A stretch of 56,431 nt of DNA from Gemmatimonadota bacterium (lineage in GTDB: Bacteria > Gemmatimonadota > Gemmatimonadetes > Palauibacterales > KS3-K002). The stretch lies in contig JBDHAL010000019.1 of the NCBI GenBank assembly GCA_039588075.1, forward strand, positions 1-56,431, given 5' to 3'. Positions 37,002 through 47,904 of this stretch are shown here, in pieces. The notes under the pieces are model-generated. The model was not told the DNA's origin, ran no database searches, and saw only the letters and a list, made by a program, of their open reading frames with translations. Numbering within the stretch: position 1 is the stretch's first letter; each line of letters starts with the position of its first letter. Made by a program: the position numbers and the translations under genes.

Positions 37002-39500
37002 ATGGCTACTACCAAGAAGAAGAAGACGACGAAGGGCAAGGCCAAGCGGTCGAAGAAGGCTGAGGGCTCCGGCAACGGCAGCGGCTCCAGGCTGCTGATC
37101 GTGGAGTCGCCGGCCAAGGCGCGAACGATCGGCCGATACCTCGACGACAGCTACATCGTCAAGGCGTCAGTCGGGCACATCCGCGACCTGCCGAAGCGTG
37201 ACCTGGGTGTCGATATCGACAACGGGTTCGAGCCCAATTACGTCACGATCCGGGGCAAGGGGAAGGTCATCAGCGAGCTCAAGAAGGCCGCCAAGGAGGC
37301 CAAAGAGGTCCTGCTGGCTACCGACCCGGATCGCGAGGGCGAAGCCATCGCCTATCATGTCGCCGATCAGCTCGGATACGCGTCCAAGAACGGCCGGCGC
37401 TTCAAGCGCGTGCTGTTCGAAGAGATCACCCCCGAGGGGGTCAAGGAAGGGCTCGCCAAGCCCGGCGCTATCGATCATAAGAAGGTCGACGCCCAGCAGG
37501 CCCGCCGCATCCTGGACCGCCTTGTCGGATACAAGGCCAGCCCCTTCCTTTGGAAGCCGATTCGGCCCGGGCTCTCCGCCGGTCGCGTTCAGACCGTTGC
37601 TCTTCGCCTCATTTGGGAGCGCGAGGAGGCGATCCGCCGCTTCGAGCCGCAAGAGTACTGGACGGTGGAGGCGCAGCTCCAGAAGGAAGAAAGGCGCTTC
37701 ACCGCCAAGCTTCACCACCTCGACGGGAAGAAGCCGGAACTCCCCGACGAGGCGGCCGCCGAGGCCGTGCTCAACGCCGTCCAAGGCGTACCGTTCAAGA
37801 TTACTCGGATCCGCCGCAAAGAGCGGCGTAAGAATCCGGCGGCTCCATTCACCACGTCGACCCTCCAGCAGGAGGCGGCCAACCGACTGCGCTTCTCCGC
37901 CAAGCGAACGATGCGCCTCGCCCAGCAGTTGTACGAAGGCGTTGAGGTTGGTGGAGAGGCGATCGGTCTCATCACCTACATGCGAACCGACTCGACTCGC
38001 GTTGCCGGCTCTGCCGCGAACCAGGCCCGCGAGTACGTCGAGAAGGAGTTCGGCGATAGCTACCTGCCCAAGTCGGCTCGACTCTACCTCGGCAAACAGC
38101 AGAAGGGCGCACAGGAAGCGCACGAGGCGATTCGCCCGACTTCCGTTTGGAGAACGCCCGAGTCCCTCAAGGGTGACCTGGACCCCAATCAGCTCAAGCT
38201 CTACCAGCTCGTCTGGCTGCGATTTGTCGCCTCCCAGATGTCGCCGGCTGTCTACGACACGACTACTGTAGACTTCGATCTCAAAGGCGCCGACGACCGC
38301 GAATACCTTTTCCGCGTCACCGGCTCCGTCCTCAAGTTCCCCGGGTTCACCCGGCTCTACAGAACCGAGCACGAGGAGGGCGAAGGTCGTACGCTCGATA
38401 ACCTGGCTCCGCTGCCCGAGCTCTCTGAGGGCGAAGCCGTCGATCTCATCGAGCTCGGCAAGAGCCAGCACTTCACCGAGCCGCCGGCACGCTTCAGCGA
38501 GGCGAGCCTGGTCAAGGAACTGGAGAAGGCGGGGATCGGCAGGCCGTCGACCTATGCCTCGATCCTCTCAACGCTGGTCGATCGGACCTACGTGGAGCTG
38601 GACAAGCGTCGATTCGCGCCCACTCCCCTGGGCGAGACTGTGGTCCAGGTCCTCATCATGGTCTTCCCCGATACGTTCGACGTGGACTTTACGAGCAACA
38701 TGGAGGCCAGCCTCGACCGGATCGAGGAAGGTGAGCTGGAGTGGCACCAGGTTCTGGGAGATTTCTACTCCCGGTTCAGCAAGCGACTCGAGGAAGGCGA
38801 GGCCCGAAGAGACGAGATCATCGCCAAGATCGCCCAGGTCGAAGGGGAGGTGTGCGATCGCTGCGATAGTCCCATGGTCGTCAAGTGGAACCGCTACGGG
38901 CGCTTCCTGGGTTGCTCCAGCTACCCCGACTGCAGAAACACAAAACCGATCGATCAGCCACCCGAGGTTGACCTCGGAGATGAGAAGTGCCCGCTGTGCA
39001 GCGGTGAGTTGGTGGTCAAGAGCGGCCGCTATGGGCCCTTTATCGCCTGCTCGGGGTACCCCGAGTGTAAGTACACGCGCCCTGTGGATGGCGAGCAGGC
39101 TGCGGCACAGGTGGATGCGAAGTGCCCAAAGTGTGGCAGCCCAATGGCGGTCAAGACGGGCCGGTTTGGTGAGTTCCTGGCGTGTACGGCTTACCCGGAG
39201 TGCAAGCACACACAGCCGATCACGCTGGGCTTGAAATGTCCGACCTGCGGCGAGGATGACGGCGGCGAGATCGTCAAGCGACGCACGCGGCGCGGTCGGA
39301 ACTTCTACGGCTGCAAGCGCTACCCGAAGTGCGAGTGGTCCAGCTGGGACACGCCCACCGAGGCTACCTGTACTCAGTGTGGCTCGAACATCGCCCTGAA
39401 GAAGCGGTCCAAGTCGGAAGGTGATTACCTGAAGTGCGCAGCCTGCGGTCACACTTTCAGCTATGATTCGCACAAGACCGCCGATGCCGGTTCTTCCTGA
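37002..39500 (+). CDS. topA: DNA topoisomerase I
   Basis: IVESPAK, ATDPDREGE, SAGRVQ, ITYMRTDS (catalytic Tyr), AHEAIRPT, GIGRPSTY, C-terminal C4 zinc ribbons. Confidence 0.97.
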   Translation: MATTKKKKTTKGKAKRSKKAEGSGNGSGSRLLIVESPAKARTIGRYLDDSYIVKASVGHIRDLPKRDLGVDIDNGFEPNYVTIRGKGKVISELKKAAKEAKEVLLATDPDREGEAIAYHVADQLGYASKNGRRFKRVLFEEITPEGVKEGLAKPGAIDHKKVDAQQARRILDRLVGYKASPFLWKPIRPGLSAGRVQTVALRLIWEREEAIRRFEPQEYWTVEAQLQKEERRFTAKLHHLDGKKPELPDEAAAEAVLNAVQGVPFKITRIRRKERRKNPAAPFTTSTLQQEAANRLRFSAKRTMRLAQQLYEGVEVGGEAIGLITYMRTDSTRVAGSAANQAREYVEKEFGDSYLPKSARLYLGKQQKGAQEAHEAIRPTSVWRTPESLKGDLDPNQLKLYQLVWLRFVASQMSPAVYDTTTVDFDLKGADDREYLFRVTGSVLKFPGFTRLYRTEHEEGEGRTLDNLAPLPELSEGEAVDLIELGKSQHFTEPPARFSEASLVKELEKAGIGRPSTYASILSTLVDRTYVELDKRRFAPTPLGETVVQVLIMVFPDTFDVDFTSNMEASLDRIEEGELEWHQVLGDFYSRFSKRLEEGEARRDEIIAKIAQVEGEVCDRCDSPMVVKWNRYGRFLGCSSYPDCRNTKPIDQPPEVDLGDEKCPLCSGELVVKSGRYGPFIACSGYPECKYTRPVDGEQAAAQVDAKCPKCGSPMAVKTGRFGEFLACTAYPECKHTQPITLGLKCPTCGEDDGGEIVKRRTRRGRNFYGCKRYPKCEWSSWDTPTEATCTQCGSNIALKKRSKSEGDYLKCAACGHTFSYDSHKTADAGSS

Positions 39501-39527
39501 GCGCGACGCCGCTCGGATCTGGAAAAC

Positions 39528-40856
39528 ATGCCCGAAGTAGTCGTGGTGGGTGGCGGACTCGCCGGCGCGGAGGCCGCCTGGCAGCTCGCGCAACGAGGAC
39601 ATCGTGTGGCGCTCTACGAAATGCGCCCCGTCGTTCCGACCCCGGCTCACCAGACCGACGGGTTGGGCGAGCTGGTCTGCAGCAACTCCTTCAAATCGCA
39701 GGAGCCAGAGAACGCCCACGGCCTCTTGAAGGCTGAGTTGCGGGAGCTGGACTCGTTTCTACTCCGGGCCGCGGCGGCTACCCGGGTTCCTGCCGGCGCC
39801 GCGCTGGCGGTGGATCGCGATCTCTTTTCGCAGGAGATCGGGAAGGCGATAGGATCCCACCCGAACATCGAGATTCGCCGCGAAGAAGTACGCGCCCTAC
39901 CGGACGCTCCGGCCATCATCGCGACCGGGCCATTGACGTCCGACTCGCTACTCGAGTCAATCCGTGAGCGGCTCGGCTCCGACGGCCTGTACTTCTTCGA
40001 TGCGATAGCGCCGACCGTGTCGGCCGAGTCGATCGACGGTGACCACTGCTTCAAGGCGTCTCGCTATGGCAAAGGCGAAGACGACGCCTACATCAACTGC
40101 CCGCTCGACGCCGAGCGGTATGAGACCCTGCACCAGGCCCTCCTGGATGGTGAGATCTACGAGACACACGATTGGGAACAGGTACCGTACTTCGAGGGCT
40201 GCCTGCCGATCGAGGTGTTAGCGGCAAGGGGCGTGGACACGCTACGCTTTGGGCCCCTGAAGCCGGTCGGCTTGGTGGATCCGCGCACGGGCAGCCGGCC
40301 TCATGCAGTGGTTCAACTGAGACAGGAAGACAGGGCGGGCCGGATGTGGAATCTGGTGGGCTTCCAGACACGGCTCCGCTATCCGGAGCAGCGACGAGCT
40401 ATCAATATGATCCCTGCTCTCCGCCAGGCGGAGATCCTGCGCTTCGGGCAAATCCATCGTAACAGTTACATCAATTACCCGGCGCTCCTGTCAGAGCACG
40501 GATCGCCCCGGGGCACTCCCGGCCTGATCTTCGCCGGCCAGCTGACCGGGGTCGAGGGCTACATCGAGTCGGGGGCATCCGGGCTGCTGGCCGCGCTCAA
40601 CATCGACCGCCTGGTTCGCGGTCTCGAGCCCGCTCTGCCACCGACTACGACTATGTTGGGGGGGCTGCTTCGCTACCTTCGAGAGGCGGATCCGCGTAAC
40701 TTCCAACCCATGAACGCGAATTTCGGACTGCTCGACCCGCTGGCGGAGCGGGCGCGCGGCAAGAGAGAACGGCGACGGGCGGCTTCCGACCGAGCGCTGC
40801 GCGATATCCGCGAGTGGGCGAAAAGGCTGAAGCGCGCCCTCGCCACGGCCGGCTAG
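39528..40856 (+). CDS. trmFO: Folate/FAD-dependent tRNA m5U54 methyltransferase
   Basis: GGGLAGAEAA, ELVCSNS, YFEGCLPIE, FAGQLTGVEGY, FQPMNANFG. Confidence 0.96.
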   Translation: MPEVVVVGGGLAGAEAAWQLAQRGHRVALYEMRPVVPTPAHQTDGLGELVCSNSFKSQEPENAHGLLKAELRELDSFLLRAAAATRVPAGAALAVDRDLFSQEIGKAIGSHPNIEIRREEVRALPDAPAIIATGPLTSDSLLESIRERLGSDGLYFFDAIAPTVSAESIDGDHCFKASRYGKGEDDAYINCPLDAERYETLHQALLDGEIYETHDWEQVPYFEGCLPIEVLAARGVDTLRFGPLKPVGLVDPRTGSRPHAVVQLRQEDRAGRMWNLVGFQTRLRYPEQRRAINMIPALRQAEILRFGQIHRNSYINYPALLSEHGSPRGTPGLIFAGQLTGVEGYIESGASGLLAALNIDRLVRGLEPALPPTTTMLGGLLRYLREADPRNFQPMNANFGLLDPLAERARGKRERRRAASDRALRDIREWAKRLKRALATAG

Positions 40857-40875
40857 CCGGACCGCCGGAGACGAG

Positions 40876-41784
40876 ATGGTGCAAGATCTGGTTCACGCGT
40901 ATCTCAAACACCTGGAGGATGAGCGCCAGCTCTCCAGCCACACCGTGGATGCCTATCGGCGTGACCTCGCCGGGCTCGGCGACTTTCTCGACGGCTACTA
41001 TGCGCGCGATTGGGCCTGGGAAGAGGTCGACAGGCTCGCGGTCCGGGCCTTCCTCAGCCACCTGACGATGCAGGATCTCAAACGACGGACCATCGCTCGT
41101 AAGCTGTCCACGGTTCGCAGCTTCTTCCGCTTCCTGCACAGGGAGGGGCGCGTCGCTGCCAACCCGGCCAGGCAGGTCAAGGCGCCGAGACAGGGGCGCG
41201 AGTTGCCCGGCTATCTCACGCGCCGCGAGATGACGCGCCTCTTCGAGCTCGCGGCGGGGAAATCCGCTCGCGCCGGGTGGCGTGGCGCTCGGGACCGGGC
41301 GTTGGTCGAGCTTCTCTATACGGCGGGACTCCGTCTGTCCGAGGCGCACTCCTTGAGCACCGCCGATCTCGACCTGGATGACCGGCGCGTCAAGGTCCAG
41401 GGCAAGGGCAACAAGGAGCGGGTCGTCCCGGTGGGGCGCCAGGCCGAGCTCGCCCTGCGCGCCTACGGTTCCGAAAGAGCCGGGCAGTTCGGGCCGCCCG
41501 GCCCTTCCGACCCCCTCTTCCTGTCGGATCGCGGGACCCGGTTGTCGCGGCGGCAGATTCAGCGCATCGTTACCGGCTTCATCGCGCTCGTGGCGGAGGA
41601 AAGCGACTTGAGCACGCACTCTGTTCGCCACTCCTTTGCGACGCACCTGCTCGACGAGGGCGCCGACTTGATGGCGATCAAGGAGCTGTTGGGACACGCG
41701 TCACTTTCCACGACTCAGGTGTACGCCCACACGTCGCGCGAGCGACTGAAACAGGTTTATAGAGCAGCGCACCCCAGAAGCTAG
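40876..41784 (+). CDS. xerC: Tyrosine recombinase XerC
   Basis: [35 protein letters not shown]; topA-trmFO-xerC-hslVU synteny. Confidence 0.9.
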   Translation: MVQDLVHAYLKHLEDERQLSSHTVDAYRRDLAGLGDFLDGYYARDWAWEEVDRLAVRAFLSHLTMQDLKRRTIARKLSTVRSFFRFLHREGRVAANPARQVKAPRQGRELPGYLTRREMTRLFELAAGKSARAGWRGARDRALVELLYTAGLRLSEAHSLSTADLDLDDRRVKVQGKGNKERVVPVGRQAELALRAYGSERAGQFGPPGPSDPLFLSDRGTRLSRRQIQRIVTGFIALVAEESDLSTHSVRHSFATHLLDEGADLMAIKELLGHASLSTTQVYAHTSRERLKQVYRAAHPRS

Positions 41785-41801
41785 AGAGCGAAGCACGACT
41801 C

Positions 41802-42353
41802 ATGAGTAAACTGACGATGCATGGAACGACTATTCTTGCCGTTCGCCGCGACGAATCCGTCGCCCTTGGCGGAGATGGGCAGGTCACCGTTGGCGATACG
41901 GTGGTCAAAGCGCAGGCCTCGAAAGTTCGCGCGCTCAAGGATGGAGCCATACTCGCTGGCTTCGCGGGCTCCGTCGCCGATGCGCTGACTCTGTTCGAGA
42001 AGTTCGAGGAAAAAATCGATCGCTTCCCGGGCAACCTGCCGCGTGCCGCGGTAGAGCTCGCCAAGGACTGGCGGAGCGACCGCATACTTCGGCGCCTGGA
42101 GGCGCTCCTTGCCGTGGTCGATGATCGCCACTCGTTCCTGCTTTCAGGTAGCGGCGAGGTCATCGAGCCGGACGACGGCATAGTGGCAATCGGCAGCGGC
42201 GGCCCCATGGCCCTTTCCGCTGCCCGGGCACTCTGCGCTCATTCGGATCTCGAGGCTGAAGCGATCGTTCGACGCAGCCTGGAGATCGCCGGAGAGATCT
42301 GTATCTACTCCAACACCGAAATCACCGTACTCGAGCTCAAACAGCAGGGCTGA
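41802..42353 (+). CDS. hslV: ATP-dependent protease peptidase subunit HslV
   Basis: HG|TTILAVR (catalytic Thr), GDGQVT, GFAGS.AD, AIGSGG. Confidence 0.96.
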   Translation: MSKLTMHGTTILAVRRDESVALGGDGQVTVGDTVVKAQASKVRALKDGAILAGFAGSVADALTLFEKFEEKIDRFPGNLPRAAVELAKDWRSDRILRRLEALLAVVDDRHSFLLSGSGEVIEPDDGIVAIGSGGPMALSAARALCAHSDLEAEAIVRRSLEIAGEICIYSNTEITVLELKQQG

Positions 42354-43834
42354 TGAACGATTCTACGATACCAGGACCGACGGAAAGCGGTGCGGACGAA
42401 GGGCGGGCGAGCCAGCTGGTTCCCCAGGACGAGCTAACGCCCCGGCAGATCGTGGCTGAGCTCGACAAGTACGTCGTTTCGCAGGATGCCGCCAAGAAAG
42501 CAGTAGCGATCGCTCTGCGCAATCGCTGGCGGCGCCAGCAAGTCCCGGAGGACCTCAGGGACGAGATCATGCCAAACAACATCATCATGATCGGACCGAC
42601 GGGCGTCGGCAAAACCGAGATCGCGCGCCGGTTGGCCCGGCTGGCGGGCGCTCCCTTCGTCAAGGTAGAAGCGTCCAAGTTCACCGAGGTCGGGTACGTC
42701 GGCCGTGACGTCGAATCCATCGTTCGCGATCTCGCAGATATTGCCGTCAACATGGTCCGTACCGACAGAGAAGATGAAGTCCAGGATCTCGCAGAGGAGC
42801 GCATCGAGGAGCGACTTCTCGACCTGCTGCTCCCCGTTAGCGAGGAGGAGCCGCCGGGGTCGCCGGCCTTCATCGTTTCTCCCCACGGCGAAGCGGAGGA
42901 CCAGAGGCCGGATCCGGAACCGGGACAGAGTGTCGATCAGGAAGAGTTGAAGGAGCGGCGGAAACGCACCCGGGAGAAGTTGCGCGGGCTGCTACGCGAC
43001 GGAAAGCTCGAGAGCAAGGAGATCGAACTAGAGGTCACCCAGACCAGCATCCCGGTCATCGAGTTCCCGGGCATGGAAGGGATGGACTACAACGTCTCCG
43101 AGATGCTTCAGGAGATGCTGCCGAAGAAGAGCAAGAAGCGAAGTGTCACCGTATCGGAGGCGCGGCGTATTCTGCTGGCTGACGAGCTGGACAAGCTGAT
43201 CGACATTGACGATGTCGTGAATGAGGCTCTCGACCGCGTCGAACAGATGGGCATCGTCTTCCTCGATGAGGTGGACAAGATCGCCGGCGAGCGCGGCGGC
43301 GCCAGCGGCCCCGATGTCTCGCGAGGCGGCGTGCAGCGTGACCTGCTTCCCATCGTCGAAGGCTCCAACGTCCAGACCAAGTACGGGATGGTCCGCACGG
43401 ACCACATCCTCTTCATCGCTGCCGGCGCCTTCCACATGGCAAAGCCCTCCGACCTGATTCCGGAGCTGCAGGGCCGGTTCCCCATTCGTGTTGAGCTTTC
43501 TCCCCTCTCCGAGAAGGATTTCGTCCGAATACTCACCGAGCCCAAGAACGCTCTGCTGACTCAATACAGGGCTCTCATCGAGACCGAAGGCGCTGTGCTC
43601 GAGTTCCGCCAGGGCGGCGTCGAAGAGATCGCCCGTATCGCCGCCGACGTCAACCAGCGAATGGAGAACATTGGCGCTCGACGCCTCCACACCGTTCTTA
43701 CCACGCTCCTCGAAGACGTCATGTTCGGCCTCCCCGAAGTGGGAACCCAGGCCATCGTGATCGACGAGACCGAGGTCCAGCAACGACTCGCCAAGGTTGT
43801 TAAGGACGAAGACCTGCGCCGCTACATTTTATAG
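42353..43834 (+). CDS. hslU: ATP-dependent protease ATPase subunit HslU
   Basis: [47 protein letters not shown]-terminal DLRRYIL. Confidence 0.97.
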   Translation: MNDSTIPGPTESGADEGRASQLVPQDELTPRQIVAELDKYVVSQDAAKKAVAIALRNRWRRQQVPEDLRDEIMPNNIIMIGPTGVGKTEIARRLARLAGAPFVKVEASKFTEVGYVGRDVESIVRDLADIAVNMVRTDREDEVQDLAEERIEERLLDLLLPVSEEEPPGSPAFIVSPHGEAEDQRPDPEPGQSVDQEELKERRKRTREKLRGLLRDGKLESKEIELEVTQTSIPVIEFPGMEGMDYNVSEMLQEMLPKKSKKRSVTVSEARRILLADELDKLIDIDDVVNEALDRVEQMGIVFLDEVDKIAGERGGASGPDVSRGGVQRDLLPIVEGSNVQTKYGMVRTDHILFIAAGAFHMAKPSDLIPELQGRFPIRVELSPLSEKDFVRILTEPKNALLTQYRALIETEGAVLEFRQGGVEEIARIAADVNQRMENIGARRLHTVLTTLLEDVMFGLPEVGTQAIVIDETEVQQRLAKVVKDEDLRRYIL

Positions 43835-43947
43835 GGAACTCGAAGTTCGATTAAGTGATCACGGAGTACGGAATCCGGGAATAGGAATTGAGGTCTAACT
43901 TCCAAACTCCCCTGTTCCGTGATCACTTGATCGGCATTCGAGTTCCC
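43834..43947. repeat. 114-bp long imperfect inverted-repeat element
   Basis: Arms 43834-43866 and 43915-43947 match at 28 of 33 positions; the interior also pairs (GGGA/TCCC, GGAA/TTCC). Confidence 0.85.
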
Positions 43948-43951
43948 GAAG

Positions 43952-43980
43952 TGTACATGCCCCGGTATTCCTGCTAAATT
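43952..43980 (+). promoter_or_regulatory. Candidate sigma70 promoter of gcvT
   Basis: TGTACA-17 bp-TAAATT with an extended -10 TG. Confidence 0.45.
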
Positions 43981-44034
43981 GGCAGACAGCCGTTCATAGC
44001 CAAATCTCATCAAGACTTTTGCAGGGGAAAACTG

Positions 44035-45153
44035 ATGGGCGAGACACTCAAAAGGACGCCGCTCTACGAGGAACACGTCAAGTTGGGCGGCAAGATCATT
44101 CCGTTCGCGGGGTACGAGATGCCGGTCCAGTACCCGGCGGGAGTCTCGACTGAGCACAGAGCGGTTCGGGAGGCGGCGGGGCTTTTCGACGTGTCGCACA
44201 TGGGCGAGTTCATGGTGACAGGGGAGGAAGCGGAGGGCTTTGTCAACTTTCTGGTCTCGAATGATGTGTCGAAGCTGGACTCGGGCCAGGCCCAGTACGC
44301 GGTGATGTGTATGGATGATGGTGGGATCGTCGATGATCTGCTGGTCTACAAGTTCGAGTCGAATCGCATTCGGCTGGTCGTGAATGCGGCGAACATGGCC
44401 AAGGACTTTGCCTGGGTGCAGAACAGTCTCGGCGTGTACGGGGCCCAGGGGATCGAACTGGTCGACGAGAGCGATGGGATAGGGTTGTTGGCGTTACAGG
44501 GCCCCGAGAGCGAGGCGATCCTTGGTGGGCTGACCGGCGTGGACCTTTCCGAGATCGGGTACTATCGCTTCTCCGAGGGGGAGGTGCTGGGCGAGGTGTG
44601 CGTGGTGAGCCGAACGGGGTACACCGGTGAGGATGGTTTCGAGCTGTACTGCGAGCCGGGTGCGGCGCCGAAGCTGTGGAGAGCGCTCCTGGAGGCGGAC
44701 GGTGGCCGCGTGCAGCCCGTAGGCTTGGGTGCGCGCGATACCCTGCGCCTCGAGATGGGTTACGCGCTGTACGGCAACGATATCGACGAGGAGACGACTC
44801 CCTTGGAGGCCGGGCTGGGCTGGACGGTGAAGCTCGACAAGGGTGAGTTCCGCGGTCGCGACGTGCTCGTGAGCCAAAAAGAACATGGCCTTAGGCGGAA
44901 GCTGAGTGGTTTTGTGCTAAAGGAGCGGGGGTTCCCGCGCCCCGGTTACGAGATACGCTGCCGGGGTGAGGCGGTCGGCGCGGTTCGCAGCGGAACGGTG
45001 GGCCCGAGCGTAGGGCAGGGGATCGGCACGGGCTACCTGCCGCCGGATCGGGCGACCCCCGGGACGGAGATAGAGATCCTAATCAGAGACAGGGGGATGC
45101 CGGCCGAGGTGGTCAGGGTGCCCTTCTACAAGGGCGGCTCCATAAAACGATGA
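44035..45153 (+). CDS. gcvT: Glycine cleavage system aminomethyltransferase T
   Basis: KRTPLY, LFDVSHMGE, SRTGYTGEDGFE, GLGARDTLRLEMG. Confidence 0.95.
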   Translation: MGETLKRTPLYEEHVKLGGKIIPFAGYEMPVQYPAGVSTEHRAVREAAGLFDVSHMGEFMVTGEEAEGFVNFLVSNDVSKLDSGQAQYAVMCMDDGGIVDDLLVYKFESNRIRLVVNAANMAKDFAWVQNSLGVYGAQGIELVDESDGIGLLALQGPESEAILGGLTGVDLSEIGYYRFSEGEVLGEVCVVSRTGYTGEDGFELYCEPGAAPKLWRALLEADGGRVQPVGLGARDTLRLEMGYALYGNDIDEETTPLEAGLGWTVKLDKGEFRGRDVLVSQKEHGLRRKLSGFVLKERGFPRPGYEIRCRGEAVGAVRSGTVGPSVGQGIGTGYLPPDRATPGTEIEILIRDRGMPAEVVRVPFYKGGSIKR

Positions 45154-45632
45154 TCCGGGTCGCGGTTCTCACGGTCAGCGATGGAGTCGTCGCTGGAAAG
45201 CGCCGGGATACCTCCGGCGCCGCCGCCCGCGCGTGGATCGCCGGGCTCGGCTGGGAGCTCGTCGAGCATCGCATCGTCCCCGACGAGGCGGACGAGATCG
45301 GATCCGTGCTCTCCGGTTGGGCTGATGACGGAGCGGCGGACCTCGTCCTGACACTCGGGGGAACTGGATTTGGACCGCGGGACGTCACCCCGGAAGCGAC
45401 CTCGGCCGTCATCCGGCGACAGGCACCGGGGCTTGCCGAGGCTCTGCGCTCGAGCGGGCTCGAGGGCACGCCGTTCGCCATGCTGAGCCGGGGTGTGGCC
45501 GGGATTCGTGGCCGCAGCCTGATCGTCAATCTGCCCGGCAGCGAGAAGGCGGTTCGAGAGGGGCTGTCGGTCCTGGAAAATGTGGTCCCCCACGCCGTCG
45601 ACCTGCTGGGCGGTCGCACGGCGCATGAATGA
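45150..45632 (+). CDS. mog: MogA/MoaB molybdopterin adenylyltransferase
   Basis: LTVSD, D.SG, GGTGFGPRDVTPEA, SRG.AG, NLPGS. Confidence 0.9.
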   Translation: MIRVAVLTVSDGVVAGKRRDTSGAAARAWIAGLGWELVEHRIVPDEADEIGSVLSGWADDGAADLVLTLGGTGFGPRDVTPEATSAVIRRQAPGLAEALRSSGLEGTPFAMLSRGVAGIRGRSLIVNLPGSEKAVREGLSVLENVVPHAVDLLGGRTAHE

Positions 45633-47244
45633 CATGTCGATCATACTGATCACAACGTCCGACCTGGAGAGCGCGGGACGACTGCAGCTGGCGTTCGAGC
45701 CGGACCACGATGTCAGGTTCGTGAGCGGGCCGGCTGATCTGCGGGACGAGCTTTCGACGATTGGCGAGGCCGGCTGCGCCCTGATTCTGACCGGTTCAGC
45801 CCTGGAAAAACACGGCCGGGAGCTCATCTGGGTGATCTCCGAGGATGGCCGCCCCATACCGGTGGCGGCGCTCTTTTCCCCGAGCGAGAACGTGTCACCC
45901 GAATTGGCGGCGGAGCTGCGCGTCGACGACTACTTCACGAAGCCCGTTGATCCCGACGAGGTCGCACTGGTCGTGCTGCGTGATATTCGCCAAAAGCGAC
46001 TGCAGGCGGAGATCGGTATCGTTGGCAACACGGAGGCGATCCGGGAGGTGGTCGAGCGGGTCGCTCAGATCGCGCCCGTTGGCTCCACCGTGCTGATCAC
46101 GGGTGAGAGCGGGACCGGAAAGGAGCTGGTGGCCCGCGGCCTTCACAAGCTGTCGCCGCGACGCGGAAGTACGGTTATCGCCGTCAATATAGCCGCTCTT
46201 CCGGAAACGCTGCTGGAATCCGAACTGTTCGGTCACGAGAAGGGTGCGTTCACCGGCGCGAGCTCGCTCAGGAAGGGTATGTTCGAGTTGGCGAACGGCG
46301 GGACGATCTTCCTCGACGAGGTCGCTGAAATGTCGCCCAGCTCTCAGACGCGGTTGCTCCGGGTGCTGGAACAGCGCGAGTTCATGCGTGTCGGCGGCAG
46401 CCAGTACATAAAAGTCGACGTTCGAGTCATCGCAGCCACGAATCGCGATCTGCGGCATGCGGTGGAGCTGAGCGAGTTCCGCCGCGATCTCTATTACCGT
46501 CTGAACGTGCTGCACATCCACATGCCGCCACTCCGTGACCGGCGCGACGACATTCCGCTCCTCGTCCACGAGTTCATTCGCGAATTCAGCCGGGAGCATC
46601 AGAGGCAGTTCCAGGGCATCGCCGCTGATGCCATGGACATGCTCGTCCGCTACGACTGGCCTGGTAACGTGCGCGAGCTCAGGAACCTGGTGGAGTCCAT
46701 GGTCGTCCTCGCACCGGGAACGACCATCGGTTCGGCCGACATCCCGCCCGAGGTTCGCCGCGGTTCTGGGCTGACGCTGCCCGACACCGTTGTCGCCGGA
46801 CCACCGGCGGTTCAGCAGAGCGAAGCGCCCGGCCTGGCCGCCGCTCCCGCCCGCCGTCCCGAGATGGAGATGTTCTTCCGCACGCTGGTCGAGCTGAAGT
46901 TCGATGTGGAGGACTTGCGGAGAGAGTTCGAGGCCTATAGGCACCGGCACCCGGAACTCACCGGCGTGCGTGAGGCGGCTGTTGTGGAGCCCGGCCTTGG
47001 AGAGCCGATAGAGGTGGGTGAGGTTTCGGTTCGGGACGCGCCTCCGGCCGTGGTGGCCGGGGACGTGGAAGAGGACGACGTGATCCGTTTCCGCCCCGGC
47101 ATGACGATGGAGGAACTCGAGCGCGCCGCCATCATCGCGACTCTCGAGGCGGTGGGCGGTAACCGGCGGCTCGCTTCCGAAAGCTTGGGGATCGGAGAGC
47201 GAACTCTCTACAGGAAGCTGAAAGAGTACGACATCGAAGCCTGA
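45625..47244 (+). CDS. sigma54-dependent Fis-family activator with a degenerate receiver-like N-terminus
   Basis: [29 protein letters not shown]-terminal HTH. The N-terminus keeps DDYFTKP but lacks the acidic pocket. Start ATG 45625. Confidence 0.85.
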   Translation: MNDMSIILITTSDLESAGRLQLAFEPDHDVRFVSGPADLRDELSTIGEAGCALILTGSALEKHGRELIWVISEDGRPIPVAALFSPSENVSPELAAELRVDDYFTKPVDPDEVALVVLRDIRQKRLQAEIGIVGNTEAIREVVERVAQIAPVGSTVLITGESGTGKELVARGLHKLSPRRGSTVIAVNIAALPETLLESELFGHEKGAFTGASSLRKGMFELANGGTIFLDEVAEMSPSSQTRLLRVLEQREFMRVGGSQYIKVDVRVIAATNRDLRHAVELSEFRRDLYYRLNVLHIHMPPLRDRRDDIPLLVHEFIREFSREHQRQFQGIAADAMDMLVRYDWPGNVRELRNLVESMVVLAPGTTIGSADIPPEVRRGSGLTLPDTVVAGPPAVQQSEAPGLAAAPARRPEMEMFFRTLVELKFDVEDLRREFEAYRHRHPELTGVREAAVVEPGLGEPIEVGEVSVRDAPPAVVAGDVEEDDVIRFRPGMTMEELERAAIIATLEAVGGNRRLASESLGIGERTLYRKLKEYDIEA

Positions 47245-47253
47245 GGTCCGGCC

Positions 47254-47901
47254 CTAGCCTCCCGCTCTGCTCACCACTCGTCCACGTTCCGCCTGCAGGA
47301 TGTGGACTATCCCTGCCCAATCCAGCGCGACCACGCCCGCGTACTCCACCTGGAAGGTGACATCCAGGTTGACCATCGGATCGTACAGGTAGAGCGCCGA
47401 TTGGCTCACCTGCTGTTTGACCTGCTGGCGCCCCCATTCACCGCTGAGCGGTATGATCCCCACCGGCCGGTAGAGTATGCCGTTGCTCAGCAGCTGCAGG
47501 TCGGTCGGCTCGTAGGACGCCTGTATCTCCCGGGTGAAGAAGGAGACCATGTAGACGCCCGGGTCCTCGCGCAGGCCGGCGTTGCGAGCCATCTCGCGGA
47601 TCTGAGCCTGCCGCGACTGCACCAGCCCGTGCAGGCGCTGATACGTATCGGGCGCGGCCAGCCGGATGACCGACTCGGCCAGCGGCGTCACCTTCACCTG
47701 GACGGGACCGGATGCGAGAGCCACCGTGAACGCGTCCTGGCGTAGCGTTCCGTAGCCCGGTGGTGGAAGCGTCTCAGCGTCGGAGCTCGCCTGCGGGCTC
47801 GCCGTTCCAGGGGTCTCCTGGGTCGACGGGGCCGAGGCGCAGGCCGATACGACGATCGCGACCAGCAGGCCGCACGTTAGTCTGACAAGGTGTCCGGTCA
47901 T
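47254..47901 (-). CDS. Hypothetical lipoprotein
   Basis: Signal peptide with lipobox VVSAC; directly follows clpX. Confidence 0.7.
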   Translation of the reverse strand: MTGHLVRLTCGLLVAIVVSACASAPSTQETPGTASPQASSDAETLPPPGYGTLRQDAFTVALASGPVQVKVTPLAESVIRLAAPDTYQRLHGLVQSRQAQIREMARNAGLREDPGVYMVSFFTREIQASYEPTDLQLLSNGILYRPVGIIPLSGEWGRQQVKQQVSQSALYLYDPMVNLDVTFQVEYAGVVALDWAGIVHILQAERGRVVSRAGG

Positions 47902-47904
47902 ACT

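Noticed and set aside
40876-41784. Tyrosine recombinase as an integrase of a mobile element
   Set aside because: It lies in the housekeeping topA-trmFO-xerC-hslVU order, with no att sites or cargo genes.
43834-43947. SRP RNA or 6S RNA identity for the long hairpin
   Set aside because: It lacks the SRP domain IV motif, and it is too short and lacks the central bubble expected of 6S RNA.
43948-44034. Glycine riboswitch upstream of gcvT
   Set aside because: The GGAGA / CCGAAG / CTCAGG core motifs are absent, and the leader after the candidate promoter is too short.
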